This document shows, piece by piece, positions 24,746-35,580 of a DNA stretch of 64,000 bases. A model generated the notes under the pieces. It was not told the DNA's origin. It saw nothing but the letters and a program-made list of their open reading frames with translations, and searched no databases. Position 1 is the stretch's first letter. The number at the start of each line of letters is the position of its first letter. The stretch spans positions 33,604,001 to 33,668,000 of the forward strand of contig NC_043004.1 of assembly GCF_006345805.1 (NCBI RefSeq), in the 5' to 3' direction. The position numbers and the translations under genes were made by a program. Source of the DNA: Octopus sinensis. Lineage: Eukaryota.

Positions 24746-26903
24746 AATTCCTGCACAGTATATATAATTACACATGGTGAAGAAGAAACGGAAAACCTAA
24801 GAACAGGAACTGCCCTAATGTGATGGAGATCACTGATTAGTCTACTTGCTGAAGGGTTTAATTTTAGAGCTGATCATGAGAGCTAAAGTTCAAGGAAGAT
24901 GACTTAGTCTAGATAATTCCTGATTGAGCTGACAACGATAAAGTTAGTGATGCCTTTGAAAGGTGCCAGGAATTGAGAGGATCTGCCATAAGGTGTAATA
25001 TTTGGCAGCAGTTATAGCAACGTGAGTGAATAAATAATTGGTGGAATGAGTTTGGTATGGAAGGCAGTGGCCAATGTGTTTTGTTATATTTAATTTCGTA
25101 TGTAATATAGATATATAATGAATGCAGGGCTGAAAATAAATGCTTTGAGTTAGTGATGAAAATGAACTAGATTAGTGTGGGGGTGATGGTGGTAGTTGGA
25201 AAGTTACAGATAAGGTGGTTACCTTAGACTTTTAAACAAGCGACCTCGTTCACACATGAGCTGACAGAAGATGAAGGACACTACTACACTGTACATTTCC
25301 AGCTCAAGGCAGCTTGGGGCAATAGTTATTGTAAGAGTGACCATGACGATGGAATATACTTATGGACAAATATGCAAATGCTTGTACACACACAGGTAAC
25401 TCTTACGAGCTGATAAGGTTGCTTGACCCGCTAGAAATAGCAATCAAATTTCACTCACATTACACCCCAAACAGCTTCAAAAGCAAAAAAATATTTTGGA
25501 GAATATAGTCCTAGATAGACTTTGTTAAAACAGGGAAGGGAGAGTCAAGGGTGGAACGCTTTTGATTATTAGTCTGCTTGATCAGAGTGGTGAAGGTGTG
25601 TGGCTTGGTGATCAAAGTATTTGGCACAGGGTCGTTAGGTTGTGAGTTCAACTCCTAGCAGAGTAAAGTGTCTTGAGTAAGATGCGTTATTTCAAATTGG
25701 TCGCAAAAATGAGTTGCACCTGTAATTCGAAGGACCAGTCTGTGGAGTACTCAGCCACTTACATGCTAAATTAATGAGCAGGCTGTTGGTTGAATTAACT
25801 GTAACCCTTGTCATCATAGCCAATGACATGCCAGTTTTTTTGATCAGGGTTATCCTGGCGTTGTATAAAAACATGACTATAATAATATTTTCTCTGCAAG
25901 ACACGCAAGGAAAAATACTTCAATAAATTAAAATCTAAGTATAACATAACTTCAATTCTTATTTTATTCATTAATTGCAAAAAAAAAACGTTTTATTTAG
26001 TAGAGTACGTTAAAAATTGAATGAAATGTTAATTCTGTATCAGACTATCTTCAAAGTACATGAACGCAAACATTCTCATAGTTAAGATTTAACACAAAAA
26101 AGAACTGAACTTTGGTAAAGTTTTTGTACAGAGTAATACAAAATATCATAAAACTTATTTTTCTGATATAATAACCATCAACTAATATAAAATAGAACTC
26201 TTCAATCAAAGAAACAACAAATATTTTCATTTTTGTTCTTCATTTTTGTGTCTCTGTGTTTTTCTTTCTTCGAGCTAAGCTTCGCTGTTTAATCCATTTT
26301 CCTAACTTAGACTGACTCAGGGGAAATTCAAACTAATAGTAATGTTAGGAAGTAACTACAAAAAGTGGGTTTGCTTTTATTTTGCTTTGTTATTTATTGT
26401 TTGTTTTGAATTTTGTTGAGTCCGAATATTCACAGAAGCTAACAATCCAATCGGCGAAAAGTCAAAGCAATCCCAATAATGGTCTAAGAATAACAGCACT
26501 CTGAATCTCTGAAATTTACGTAAAATGAAGGAAATAGCTTACATCTGCTGCTGCTGCTGCAGTGAATTTCTGCTACTAAAAGGAAGAATGAAAAGATTCC
26601 TCCTCTAACAACAGTGACAGCTTTAAGAACAAAAATATTCAGTGAGAACAACATTGTTTAATATGCAGCAGCTTCTCTCTGCTCCTACAGAGCACAGCTC
26701 TCTGCTTACTTTTATAATGTAATAGAATAGAAAGATTGAAAAAATACATGTCAGAACTCATTTGCAGCAGTAAAATAAAACTTGTTTTGCAAAGTAAACA
26801 GCAATATGTCACACCATTTCATGCAATTCTATATTAATGCATTAAATCCTCCTTTGTTTTGATTTTGGGGGTAGTCACAGTAGTAGTAGTGGTAGTGGTA
26901 GTG

Positions 26904-26941
<38 letters not shown>

Positions 26942-28541
26942 TGAAGTTGAAGGTGGTGGTGTCGACGATGTTGATGGGAACGAGGATCAGTGCACCGCCA
27001 ACAAATCGGTGAATCTCTCCTCCTGTCTGCAACCCATGATTTTTGCAATCTAGCAGCAGACATTATATAATTGTTGATGTGTTTTACTACAGAATTAATG
27101 GTCTGAAGTCCTGATAAAAACTATTTTAAGTTTATTAACCAATTACTGTGTTATTGTGGCAAACAACTGAATGGAACCCGTTGTAGACTTAACAGTTCTA
27201 GGTTCAAATTTTATCAGAGATGATATAAAACGTTTTCATAAGCAGACAGCCAATTAATGTGAAGAATCGATATAGTGGGAGTGTATTGATCTTGTTATAT
27301 GTTTTGCCATTATCTTACTGACCTCAAAATAATTAAAGCTAATAATCTTTTCTACTATAAACACAAAGCCTGAAATTTGAGGGGAGGAGGTGACAGGTTG
27401 ATAACATCGACCCCAGTGTTTCACTGGTATTTAATTTATCGACCCCGAAAGATTGAAAGGCAAAGTTGACCACCTCAACAGAATTTGAACTCAGAATGTA
27501 GTGACGGGCGAAACACCACTAAGCATTTGATCCAGCATGCTAATGACTCTGCTGGCTTGCTGGCTTGCTGCCTTACTTAAAGCCAATAAAAATATACAGT
27601 TTTCTAAAATTGATACAAGAACAACTTTGTGAGAAAGATTTCAGTCTAGTCTTGTTAATTAAATTCCTTCCTCTTGTAGAATGTATTATAAAAATCAACC
27701 CCCACCATACTTGGCTGGTCCTTAATTTATTGACTCCAGAAGAAGGAATGGCAAAGTTGATTGCAGCAGGAACTCAGAACATAAAGCGCTGTAACAAAAG
27801 ACTGTAAAGATTTTGGTTAAAGCCAATGCTTCTACTGACTCACTCCCTAGAAAGCACTTAAAAAATGGTAGTTCTTGACAAAGGCACATGACCAAAGGGA
27901 GCAGGAGGCTATATTGGCTGTATTGACCCTGGCTGTGAAGGCACATATGTTCATGGTTAGCATATTCTGTTCATGATCATAAGGTCACGAGTTCAATTCC
28001 TGGTGGTCCATTACATCCTTGACCAAGACACTCTATTCATTTTACTTCTGTCTCCTCAGCTGGCAAAAGTGAGTTGTACCTGTAATTCAAAAGGGGTCAA
28101 CCTTGTCACGCTCTGTGTCATGGTGAATCTCCTTGACAACTGCATTAACAGTAAGCTTATTTGTGGAATACTCAGCCATTTGCATGCTAATATCACAACT
28201 AGGCTGTTCCACTAATTGGATCAACTGGAACATTCCTCATCACAACTGATGAAGGGCTAATTAATTAATCCTATTTTATCAATCCTGGAAAGATGACAAA
28301 GCTGATTAAGGCTGAATTTGAACTCAGAATGTATAGAGCTAAGATAAAATTCCATCAGCATTTTTCTCAGTTCTGCCAATGTACTGCCTACCCAGTACTT
28401 CATAAATTATTATTTCTGTGCTGGCATGGCTGTGTGGATAGGTTCAGGTGTGGCTGTGTGGTAAGAAATTTGCTTCCCAACCACATGGTTCCATGTTCAG
28501 TCCCACTGCATGACGCCTTGGGTAGGTGTGTTCTACTATAG

Positions 28542-28750
28542 TTGAGATTTATAGAAAACCAAAAGATGAAGATAGGTGTATGAACAACAAGCAAATGTAT
28601 TAGTTTGACACTCGGGAAAATGAAAAAGTCTTTTATGTTTCAAACTTATGCTCTTCAGCAGAAAGGAACAAGAGAAAATAAACAGAGAGAGAATGAAAAA
28701 CACTTGTAGATTTCAGCAGTCCAGCATGGTGAATGAATTAATTTTCTAAT
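28542..28750 (-). mobile_element. Penelope-like LTR-type fragment with a degenerate minimal hammerhead, nested in a SINE
   Basis: Minus 28665-28630: CTTT-CTGCTGA-A-GAGC-ATAA-GTTT-GAAA-CAT-A-AAAG. The host SINE halves resume on both sides, with CTACTATAG / CTAATGTAG flanks. Confidence 0.5.
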
Positions 28751-29234
28751 GTAGCCTCAGGCTGACCAAATCCTTGTGAGTGGGTTTGGTAGACAGAAAC
28801 TGAAAAAAGCCCGTCATTTATATATATATATATGTGTGTGTGTATGCTTTGGTCTCTGCATTTGTCCATCGCTTGACAACCATCGTTTGATAACTGATGT
28901 TGGTGTGTTTACATTCCCATAACTTAACAGTTTGCCAAAAGAGACCAATAAAATAAGTACTAGGCTTACAAAGAATATGTCCTGGGGTCAATTTGTTTGG
29001 CTAAAGGTGGTGCTCCAGCATGGCCACAGTCAAATGACTGAAACAAGTAAAAGAATAAAAGAATGAATTATATAAATAAGCCTGAAATTTTAGGAAGGGA
29101 AACAATCAATACAACTGACCCCTAGTATCTAACTGGTACTTTCATTTTTGACTTTAGAAGGATGAAAGGCATAGTTTAATTCACTAGTTCACTTCAGACT
29201 GTAATGAGCCAGAACAAATTAAGTTTTCTATTGT

Positions 29235-29621
29235 GGAAGCACTCTGTCGGTTACGACGATGAGGGTTCCGGTTGATCCGAATCAACGGAACAGCCTGCTT
29301 GTGAAATTAATGTGTAAGTGGCTGAGCACTCCACAGACACGTGCACCCTTAACGTAGTTCTCGGGGATATTCAGCCTGACGCAGAGAGTGATGAGGCCGG
29401 CCCCTTGAAATACAGGTACAACAGAAACAGGAAATAAGAGTGAGAGAAAGTTGTGGTGATAGAGTACAGCAGGGATCACCACCATCCCCTGCCGGAGCCT
29501 CGTGGAGCTTTTAGGTGTTTTCGCTCAATAAACACTCACAACGCCCGGTCTGGGAATCGAAACCGCGATCCTATGACCGCGAGTCCGCTGCCCTAACCAC
29601 TGGGCCATTGCGCCTCCACTC
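29235..29621 (-). mobile_element. Young tRNA-derived SINE (family D, tRNA-Arg-like head) with 13-bp TSD
   Basis: Head GGAGGCGCAATGGCCCAGTGGTTAGGGCAGCGGACTCGCGG...GTTTCGATTCC (A and B boxes). TSD AGTTTTCTATTGT at 29222-29234 and 29622-29634. Older copies at ~25588-25830 (+), ~27935-28255 (+) and ~57660-57810 (-). Confidence 0.9.
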
Positions 29622-29654
29622 AGTTTTCTATTGTATATGTTTACCAAAAACATT

Positions 29655-29895
29655 TTGTTGTCAAATTGAGAATTTTTGTTGTTGATGTTATTGGTGTTGT
29701 TGTTGTTTGGTCTTCTGTAAATATGTACACAATAAACTGCATAAAACTTATAATTTCGTCAAGTTTTAATTCAATGCTTTTGGATGTTTGTCTGCCTTTT
29801 ACTAACAATCATTTCTATAATTTTATAGTAAATTCTTTAGAGGTGAAAAGTATAGAGTCGTTAATGTTAACATTTACTTACATTATAATTAAAAT
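29655..29895. repeat. Unclassified ~240-bp AT-rich interspersed repeat (second copy ~37340-37582)
   Basis: TCAAATTGAGAATTTTTGTTGTTGATGTTATT...ATTATAATTAAAA is shared by both loci in the same orientation. Confidence 0.75.
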
Positions 29896-29912
29896 TACAA
29901 CAACAACAACAA

Positions 29913-30423
29913 TACCAGGCAGTGACTCTCATGGCTTCTGTTCTTAACTGATTGGAAGTGTTAGCATGTATATGTTTTGTCTTGGTGTAAAAGATGGGCT
30001 ACAGCAAATATTCTGCTCAATACTTGTCAGTTGCTGCTTGGTGTTAACCAGTAGGGCATGTCCCGTGGTAATTGATATGAACAGGAGTAATAAGGGAACA
30101 AACTCTATAATCCTGTGTTGAGAGAAATTCTTTGGGGTTTAAATAATTCACTTTCAGTGATTCATTCATCATCCTTAAAACACCCTTATTCAGGGAACCT
30201 CTGAGTGAGACAGGCTACTCAGCTTGAAGAAAATTCTAACTGGGCCTCACCTGCAAGGACATGCAGTGTTTATCTTGATATGAGGTCACCATGTGGTGCA
30301 TGTTATGGCCGTGATGCAAGGACCTAGTATCCCCTTATCAGATATGTAGTCATGATGGGAATATTGGGCTTTGTACATTTGTACCCCTGCTTCATTTTGA
30401 TGGCAGGTATTGCTCTCTCACTC
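29913..30423. mobile_element. Unclassified ~550-bp (AAT)n-associated element, copy A
   Basis: TACCAGGCAGTG.CTCTCATGGCTTCTG...TGCTCTCTCACTC(AAT)n; homologous to 42189-42739 and 43237-43753. Confidence 0.85.
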
Positions 30424-30489
30424 AATAACAATAATGATGATGATGATGATGATGATGATAATGATAATAATAATAATAATAATAATAAT

Positions 30490-31166
30490 CATCATCATCG
30501 TTTAACGTCCACTTTCCATGCTGGCATGGGTTGGGCGGTTTGACTGAGGACTGGTGAGTCACAAGGCTGCAGCAGGCTCAAATCTGATCTGGCAGAGTTT
30601 CTACAGCTGGATGCCCTTCCTAATGCCAACTACTCTGAGAGTGTAGTGGGTGCTTTTATGTGCCACCGGAATGAGGGCCAGTCAGGCGGTACTGGCAATG
30701 GCCATGCTCAAAAGTTCAGCAGCACTAGCAATGACCTTGCTCGAATGTTGTCTTTCACGTGCCACCGGCACAAGCTTCCAGACCCTGCTCCTCCATGCTG
30801 GTCGTCTTCTGGGCATCCATTTAGCCCTGATCCTGAAGTCGCTAACTACTAGTCTATGTTGTGGGGTACATTCTTCACCTGGGAAGGTTTTGGCATTTAT
30901 AAGCAGACATCTTTCCCTTTTTCTAGTGAGGATGTAGTCAATTTGGCTAATGTGTCTGCCGGAACGGTAGGTGACTAGATGACTGGCAGGTTTCCTGAAG
31001 TTAGTATTGCAAACCATAAGATCATTTGCATCATAGAACTCCAGCAGACTGGTTCCCTCCTCATTGCGGGAAACAAAACCGTAGCCTCTATGTAAATCAT
31101 AGAAGCCCCTGTATGTTGTCCAACATGTCCATTGAAGTCACTAGCCCCAAAGAGAAGGTCCCTGTC
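30490..31166 (-). mobile_element. RTE-family fragment: APE endonuclease C-terminal part joined directly to the 3' UTR and tail
   Basis: The minus strand reads ASDFNGHVG...GYGFVSRNEEG...MVCNTNFRKPASHLVTYRSG...SQIDYILTRK...QHRLVVSDF...RVWKL. It switches at ~30771 to GTGCCGGTGGCAC 3' UTR sequence and the same RTE tail as 35580-35746. Confidence 0.88.
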
Positions 31167-31183
31167 TAATAATAATAATAATA

Positions 31184-31441
31184 ACAGTTGTGGTTGCTGA
31201 AAAAGGTAGCAGTAATATCAATAATTGTTGGAGCCCTAGGAACAGTAAGTAAAAATCTCGAGAAGTACATGGAACAAATAGGGGCTGCAATGAGGGCAGA
31301 GTACTTGCAGGAAACAGCACTGCTTGGAACCTCTTGAATACTCCGGAAGGTGCTCGAAAAATAAGAAGTGTTATGTTAGTTCACTGGTAGTGAACAGCTG
31401 ACACCATAGTACATTTCCAGCATTAGAAGCTGTGCAAAGAC
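31184..31441 (+). mobile_element. R4/Dong-type 3' fragment, copy 1, in (AAT)n
   Basis: QLW.LKKV.V.SIIVGALGTVSKNLEKYMEQIG...LQETALLGT.*ILRKVLEK*, then a short UTR and (AAT)n. Confidence 0.8.
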
Positions 31442-31547
<106 letters not shown>

Positions 31548-31567
31548 TAATAATAATAATAATAATA

Positions 31568-31826
31568 ACAGTTGTGGTCAATGAAAAAGGTGGTAGTAGT
31601 ACCCAATAATTGTTGGAACCCTGGGAACAGTGAGTAAAAATCTTGAGAAGTACATGAATCAAATAGGGGCTGCAATAAGGGTGGAGCACCTGCAGAAAAC
31701 AGCACTGCTTGGAACCGCTTGAATATTCCAGAAGGTGCTCGAAAAATAAGAGGTGTTACCTTAGTTCACTGGTAGTGAACAGCTGGCACCATAGAACATC
31801 TCCAGTGTTAGAAGCTGTACAAAGGC
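31568..31826 (+). mobile_element. R4/Dong-type 3' fragment, copy 2, tandem to copy 1
   Basis: Same 5' breakpoint (ACAGTTGTGG) and same 3' end as 31184-31441, with many substitutions. Confidence 0.8.
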
Positions 31827-32470
31827 AATAATAATAATAATGATAATCCTTTCTACTTTAGGCACATGGCCTGAAATTTGGTGGGGGAGGGGTAAGTGGA
31901 TTACATCAACCTCTGTGCTTAATCTTGATTTGTTAAAGAAATCTTTAATCTTAGAATTTGTCTGATGCATTGAGGTTAAATAATAAATTGCTTCTGGTGA
32001 ACCAGTCTCATAATTTAATAGCAATTCCTGATTTATCTTCATCTTATACTCATTTCACTCATTTAGACAAAAGAAACAGGCTTGGAAGGCCTGGAAGAAC
32101 GGTGGTAGCAGGGAAGTGTATCAGTCTGCCAGAAGGGAAGCCAGGAGACAGGTCTATCTAGCCAGAGGGGAAGCAGAGAAGGAAAAATTTGCCAATGTCC
32201 TGCGTCGTGAGGATGAAAGACTTGAGGTATTTCGTGTTGCAAGACAGTGTGTGAGAGAGAATCGTGACGTGGTAGGAGAGAAATGTGTTCGCAAGGAGGA
32301 CGGTTCACTTGCACTTATGAGGGTGCAAAGAGAGAGACTTGGAGACGCCACTATGATAGGTTGCTGAATGAAGAAAATGAATGGGATAAGAGAGTCTGCC
32401 GAATGTCGACCCAACAGAGGGACCAGCAATCCGAGTTAACAGTTCCTTAGTAGATAAGGCAATTAGAAGC

Positions 32471-34087
32471 ATGAAAACAGGGAAAGCCCCAGGCCCATCA
32501 GGAATTACTGCAGAGATGCTCAAAATATCTGGTGGTGTCGGCTATAGCTTAGTCACCCGTATAGTTAACCAGGTGATACACGAGGGGGTCATACCCAATG
32601 ACTGGTGTAGCAGCATAATAGTCAACTGCTACAAAGGTAAAGGCGACGCCCTAGAGACAAATAACTACAGGGGCATCAAGCTGCTGGATCAGGTAATGAA
32701 GGTTACGGAGAGGGTTGTAGCCGAACTAATTAGAGAGAGAGTTACCTTAGATGATATGCAGTTTGGGTTCGTGCCAGGGAAAAGTACTACTGATGCTATA
32801 TTCCTGGTAAGACAGCTGCAGGAGAAATACCTAGCCAAAGATAAGCCCTTGTACCTGGCTTTTGTTGACTTGGAGAAAGCCTTTGACAGGGTCCCCCGGT
32901 CCCTTATCTGGTGGTCAATGAGGAAACTAGGGATAGAAGAATGGTTGGTGAGAGCTGTGCAAGCCATGTACAGAGACGCTGCTAGTAAGGTGAGGGTGGG
33001 CAACGAGTACAGTGAAGAATTCCGGGTAGAGGTTGGGGTCCACCAAGGTTCAGTCCTCAGTCCCCTCCTATTTATCATAGTCCTCCAGGCAATAACGGAG
33101 GAATTCAAGACAGGTTGCCCCTGGGAGCTCCTCTATGCTGATGACCTTGCTCTAATTGCTGAGTCACTATCAGAACTGGAGGAGAAGTTCCAGGTGTGGA
33201 AACAAGGATTAGAATCGAAGGGCCTTAGAATCAACCTAGCCAAAACCAAAGTTCTAATAAGTAGGAAGGTAGATCAATCACAAACGCCTTCAGGTAGATG
33301 GCCCTGCTCGATCTGTAAAAAAGGTGTAGGTAGAAACTCTATAAGATGCACCAAGTGTAAGCTATGGACACATAAGAGGTGCAGCAATGTCAAAGGAAGG
33401 CTAACTAGGAAAATAGTTTTTGTCTGTGGCAAATGCTCAGGAGCAATAAACACTGGAAATATGCAGAGACCAACTTCTGCCACGTTCCAGGGAGACAAAC
33501 TAGAAGTAGTTGATAGCTTCCGCTACCTAGGAGACCAAGTCAGTAGCGGGGGTGGGTGTGCTGAAAGTGTAACTGCTAGAGTAAGAATAGCCTGGGCAAA
33601 GTTTAGAGAGCTCTTACCCCTGCTGGTGACAAAAGGCCTCTCGCTCAGAGTAAAAGGCAGACTGTATGATGCATGTGTACGTACAGCCATGCTACATGGT
33701 AGTGAAACATGGGCCGTGACTGCTGAGGATATGCGTAAGCTCGCAAGAAATGAAGCCAGTATGCTCCGATGGATGTGTAATGTCAGTGTTCATAATCGTC
33801 AGAGTGTAAGTTCCTTGAGAGAAAAGCTGAACCTAAGAAGCGTCAGTTGTGGCGTGCAAGAGAGACGGCTGCGCTGGTATGGTCATGTGACAAGAAAGGC
33901 TGAAGATAGTTGTGTGCAAAAGTGCTACACCCTAGCAGTGGAGGGAACCTGTGGAAGAGGTAGACCCAGGAAAACCTGGGACGAGGTGGTGAAGCACGAC
34001 CTTCGAACTTTAGGTCTCACTAAGGAAATGTCTAGAGACCGAGACCAATGGAAGTATGCTGTGCATGAGAAGACCCGGCAAGACTAG
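32471..34087 (+). CDS. RTE-clade reverse transcriptase ORF, 538 aa (C-terminal part of the LINE ORF), with an internal PHD-like zinc finger
   Basis: Motifs KAPGPSG, NYRGIKLL, QFGFVPGKSTTDAIF, FVDLEKAFDRVPR, GVHQGSVLSPLLF, LLYADD (YADD at 33134-33145), INLAKTK, FRYLG, MLHGSETW, RRLRWYGHV, GRGRPRKTW. Upstream frameshifts mean the start is not a natural start. Confidence 0.95.
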   Translation: MKTGKAPGPSGITAEMLKISGGVGYSLVTRIVNQVIHEGVIPNDWCSSIIVNCYKGKGDALETNNYRGIKLLDQVMKVTERVVAELIRERVTLDDMQFGFVPGKSTTDAIFLVRQLQEKYLAKDKPLYLAFVDLEKAFDRVPRSLIWWSMRKLGIEEWLVRAVQAMYRDAASKVRVGNEYSEEFRVEVGVHQGSVLSPLLFIIVLQAITEEFKTGCPWELLYADDLALIAESLSELEEKFQVWKQGLESKGLRINLAKTKVLISRKVDQSQTPSGRWPCSICKKGVGRNSIRCTKCKLWTHKRCSNVKGRLTRKIVFVCGKCSGAINTGNMQRPTSATFQGDKLEVVDSFRYLGDQVSSGGGCAESVTARVRIAWAKFRELLPLLVTKGLSLRVKGRLYDACVRTAMLHGSETWAVTAEDMRKLARNEASMLRWMCNVSVHNRQSVSSLREKLNLRSVSCGVQERRLRWYGHVTRKAEDSCVQKCYTLAVEGTCGRGRPRKTWDEVVKHDLRTLGLTKEMSRDRDQWKYAVHEKTRQD

Positions 34088-34117
34088 TCAGGCCATAACC
34101 CGTGGCCCCGACCTGGG

Positions 34118-35580
34118 ACGTAGTCAGTCCTGTGCATACCTTCCTTCTTGTGACACTTATGAAGACCTGTTGAGGCAAGTGAAAATCAAATCAAATCAAA
34201 ACAAATCAAAATAGATGAACATCAGTGGAATTGTATTCTTTGTGGTACCAGTGCCGGTGGCACACAAGAAAACCACCCAACGTGGCCGTAACCAGTACCG
34301 CATCGACTGGCCTCCGTGCTGTGGGCACAACAAACACCATCCGATCGTGGCCGTTCGCCAGCCTCATCTGGCACCTGTGCCGGTGGCACATAAAGACACC
34401 ATCCGAAGACCCGGCGACGTAGTCAGTCCACCTGTGCATACCTTCCCTCTTATGACACTTGTGAAGACCTGTTGAGGCAAGTGTGTGACACTTGTGAAGA
34501 CCTGTTGAGGCAAGTGAAAATCAAACCAAATCAAAATAGATGAATATCAATGGAATTTGTATCTTTGTGGTTCCAGTACCGGTGGCACACAAGAAAACCA
34601 TCCGAAGTGGCCGTAGCTGGTACCGCATCGACTGGCCTCCGTGCTGTGGGCACAACAAACACCATCTGATCGTGGCCGTTCGCCAGCCTCACCTGGCACC
34701 TGTGTCGGTGGCACATAAAAACACCATCCAAAGACCCGGCGACGTAGTCAGTCCACCTGTGCATACCTTCCCTCTTATGACACTTGTGAAGACCTGTTGA
34801 GGCAGAGGCAAGTGTGTGACACTTGTGAAGACCTGTTGAGGCAGAGGCAAGTGTGTGACACTTGTGGAGACCTGTTGAGGCAAGTGTGTGACACGCGTGA
34901 CACTTGTGAAGACCTGTTGAGGCAAGTGAAAATCAAACCAAATCAAAATAGATGAACATCAATGGAATTTGTATCTTTGTGGTTCCAGTACCGGTGGCAC
35001 ACAAGAAAACCATCCGATCGTGGCCGTTCGCCAGCCACATCTGGCACCTGTGTCGGTGGCACATAAAGACACCATCCGAAGACCCGGCGACGTAGACAGT
35101 CCACCTGTGCATACCTTCCTTCTTGTGACACTTGTGAAGACCTGTTGAGGCAAGTGAAAATCAAATCAAATCAAAACAAATCAAAATAGATGAGCATAAA
35201 TGGAATTTGTATCTTTGTGGTACCAGTGCCGGTGGCACACAAGAAAATCATCCGAACGTGGCCGTAGCCAGTACCGCATAGACTGGCCTCCGTGCTTTGG
35301 GGACGTAACAAACACCATCCGATCGTGGCCGTCCGCCAGCCTCATCTGGCACCTGTGTCGGTGGCACATAAAAACACACATCCGAGCGTGGCCGTCTGCC
35401 AGCCTCGTCTGGCACCTGCCAGCCTCATCTGGCACCTGTGTCGGTGGCACATAAAAACACCATCCGAGCGTGGCCGTCTGCCAGCCTCGTCTGGCACCTG
35501 TGTCGGTGGCACATAAAAACACCATCCGAGCGTGGCCGTTCGCCAGCCTCGTCTGGCACCTGTGTCGGTGGCACATAAAA
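34118..35580 (+). repeat. Nested tandem array of the LINE 3' UTR (~300-350-bp units containing ~31-bp and ~60-bp subrepeats)
   Basis: Units begin GACGTAG(T/A)CAGTCC at about 34118, 34416, 34741 and 35089. The subrepeat GTGACACTTGTGAAGACCTGTTGAGGCAAGT occurs about 1, 2, 5 and 1 times per unit. GGCACCTGTGTCGGTGGCACATAAAAACAC... repeats at 35340-35580. Confidence 0.92.

Noticed and set aside
29545-29618. tRNA-Arg-like gene
   Set aside because: The acceptor stem does not pair, and the sequence continues into a SINE body bounded by a 13-bp TSD.
34440-34925. ~31-bp direct repeats resembling a CRISPR array
   Set aside because: Units abut with no unique spacers, there are no cas genes, and they lie inside a eukaryotic LINE 3' UTR.
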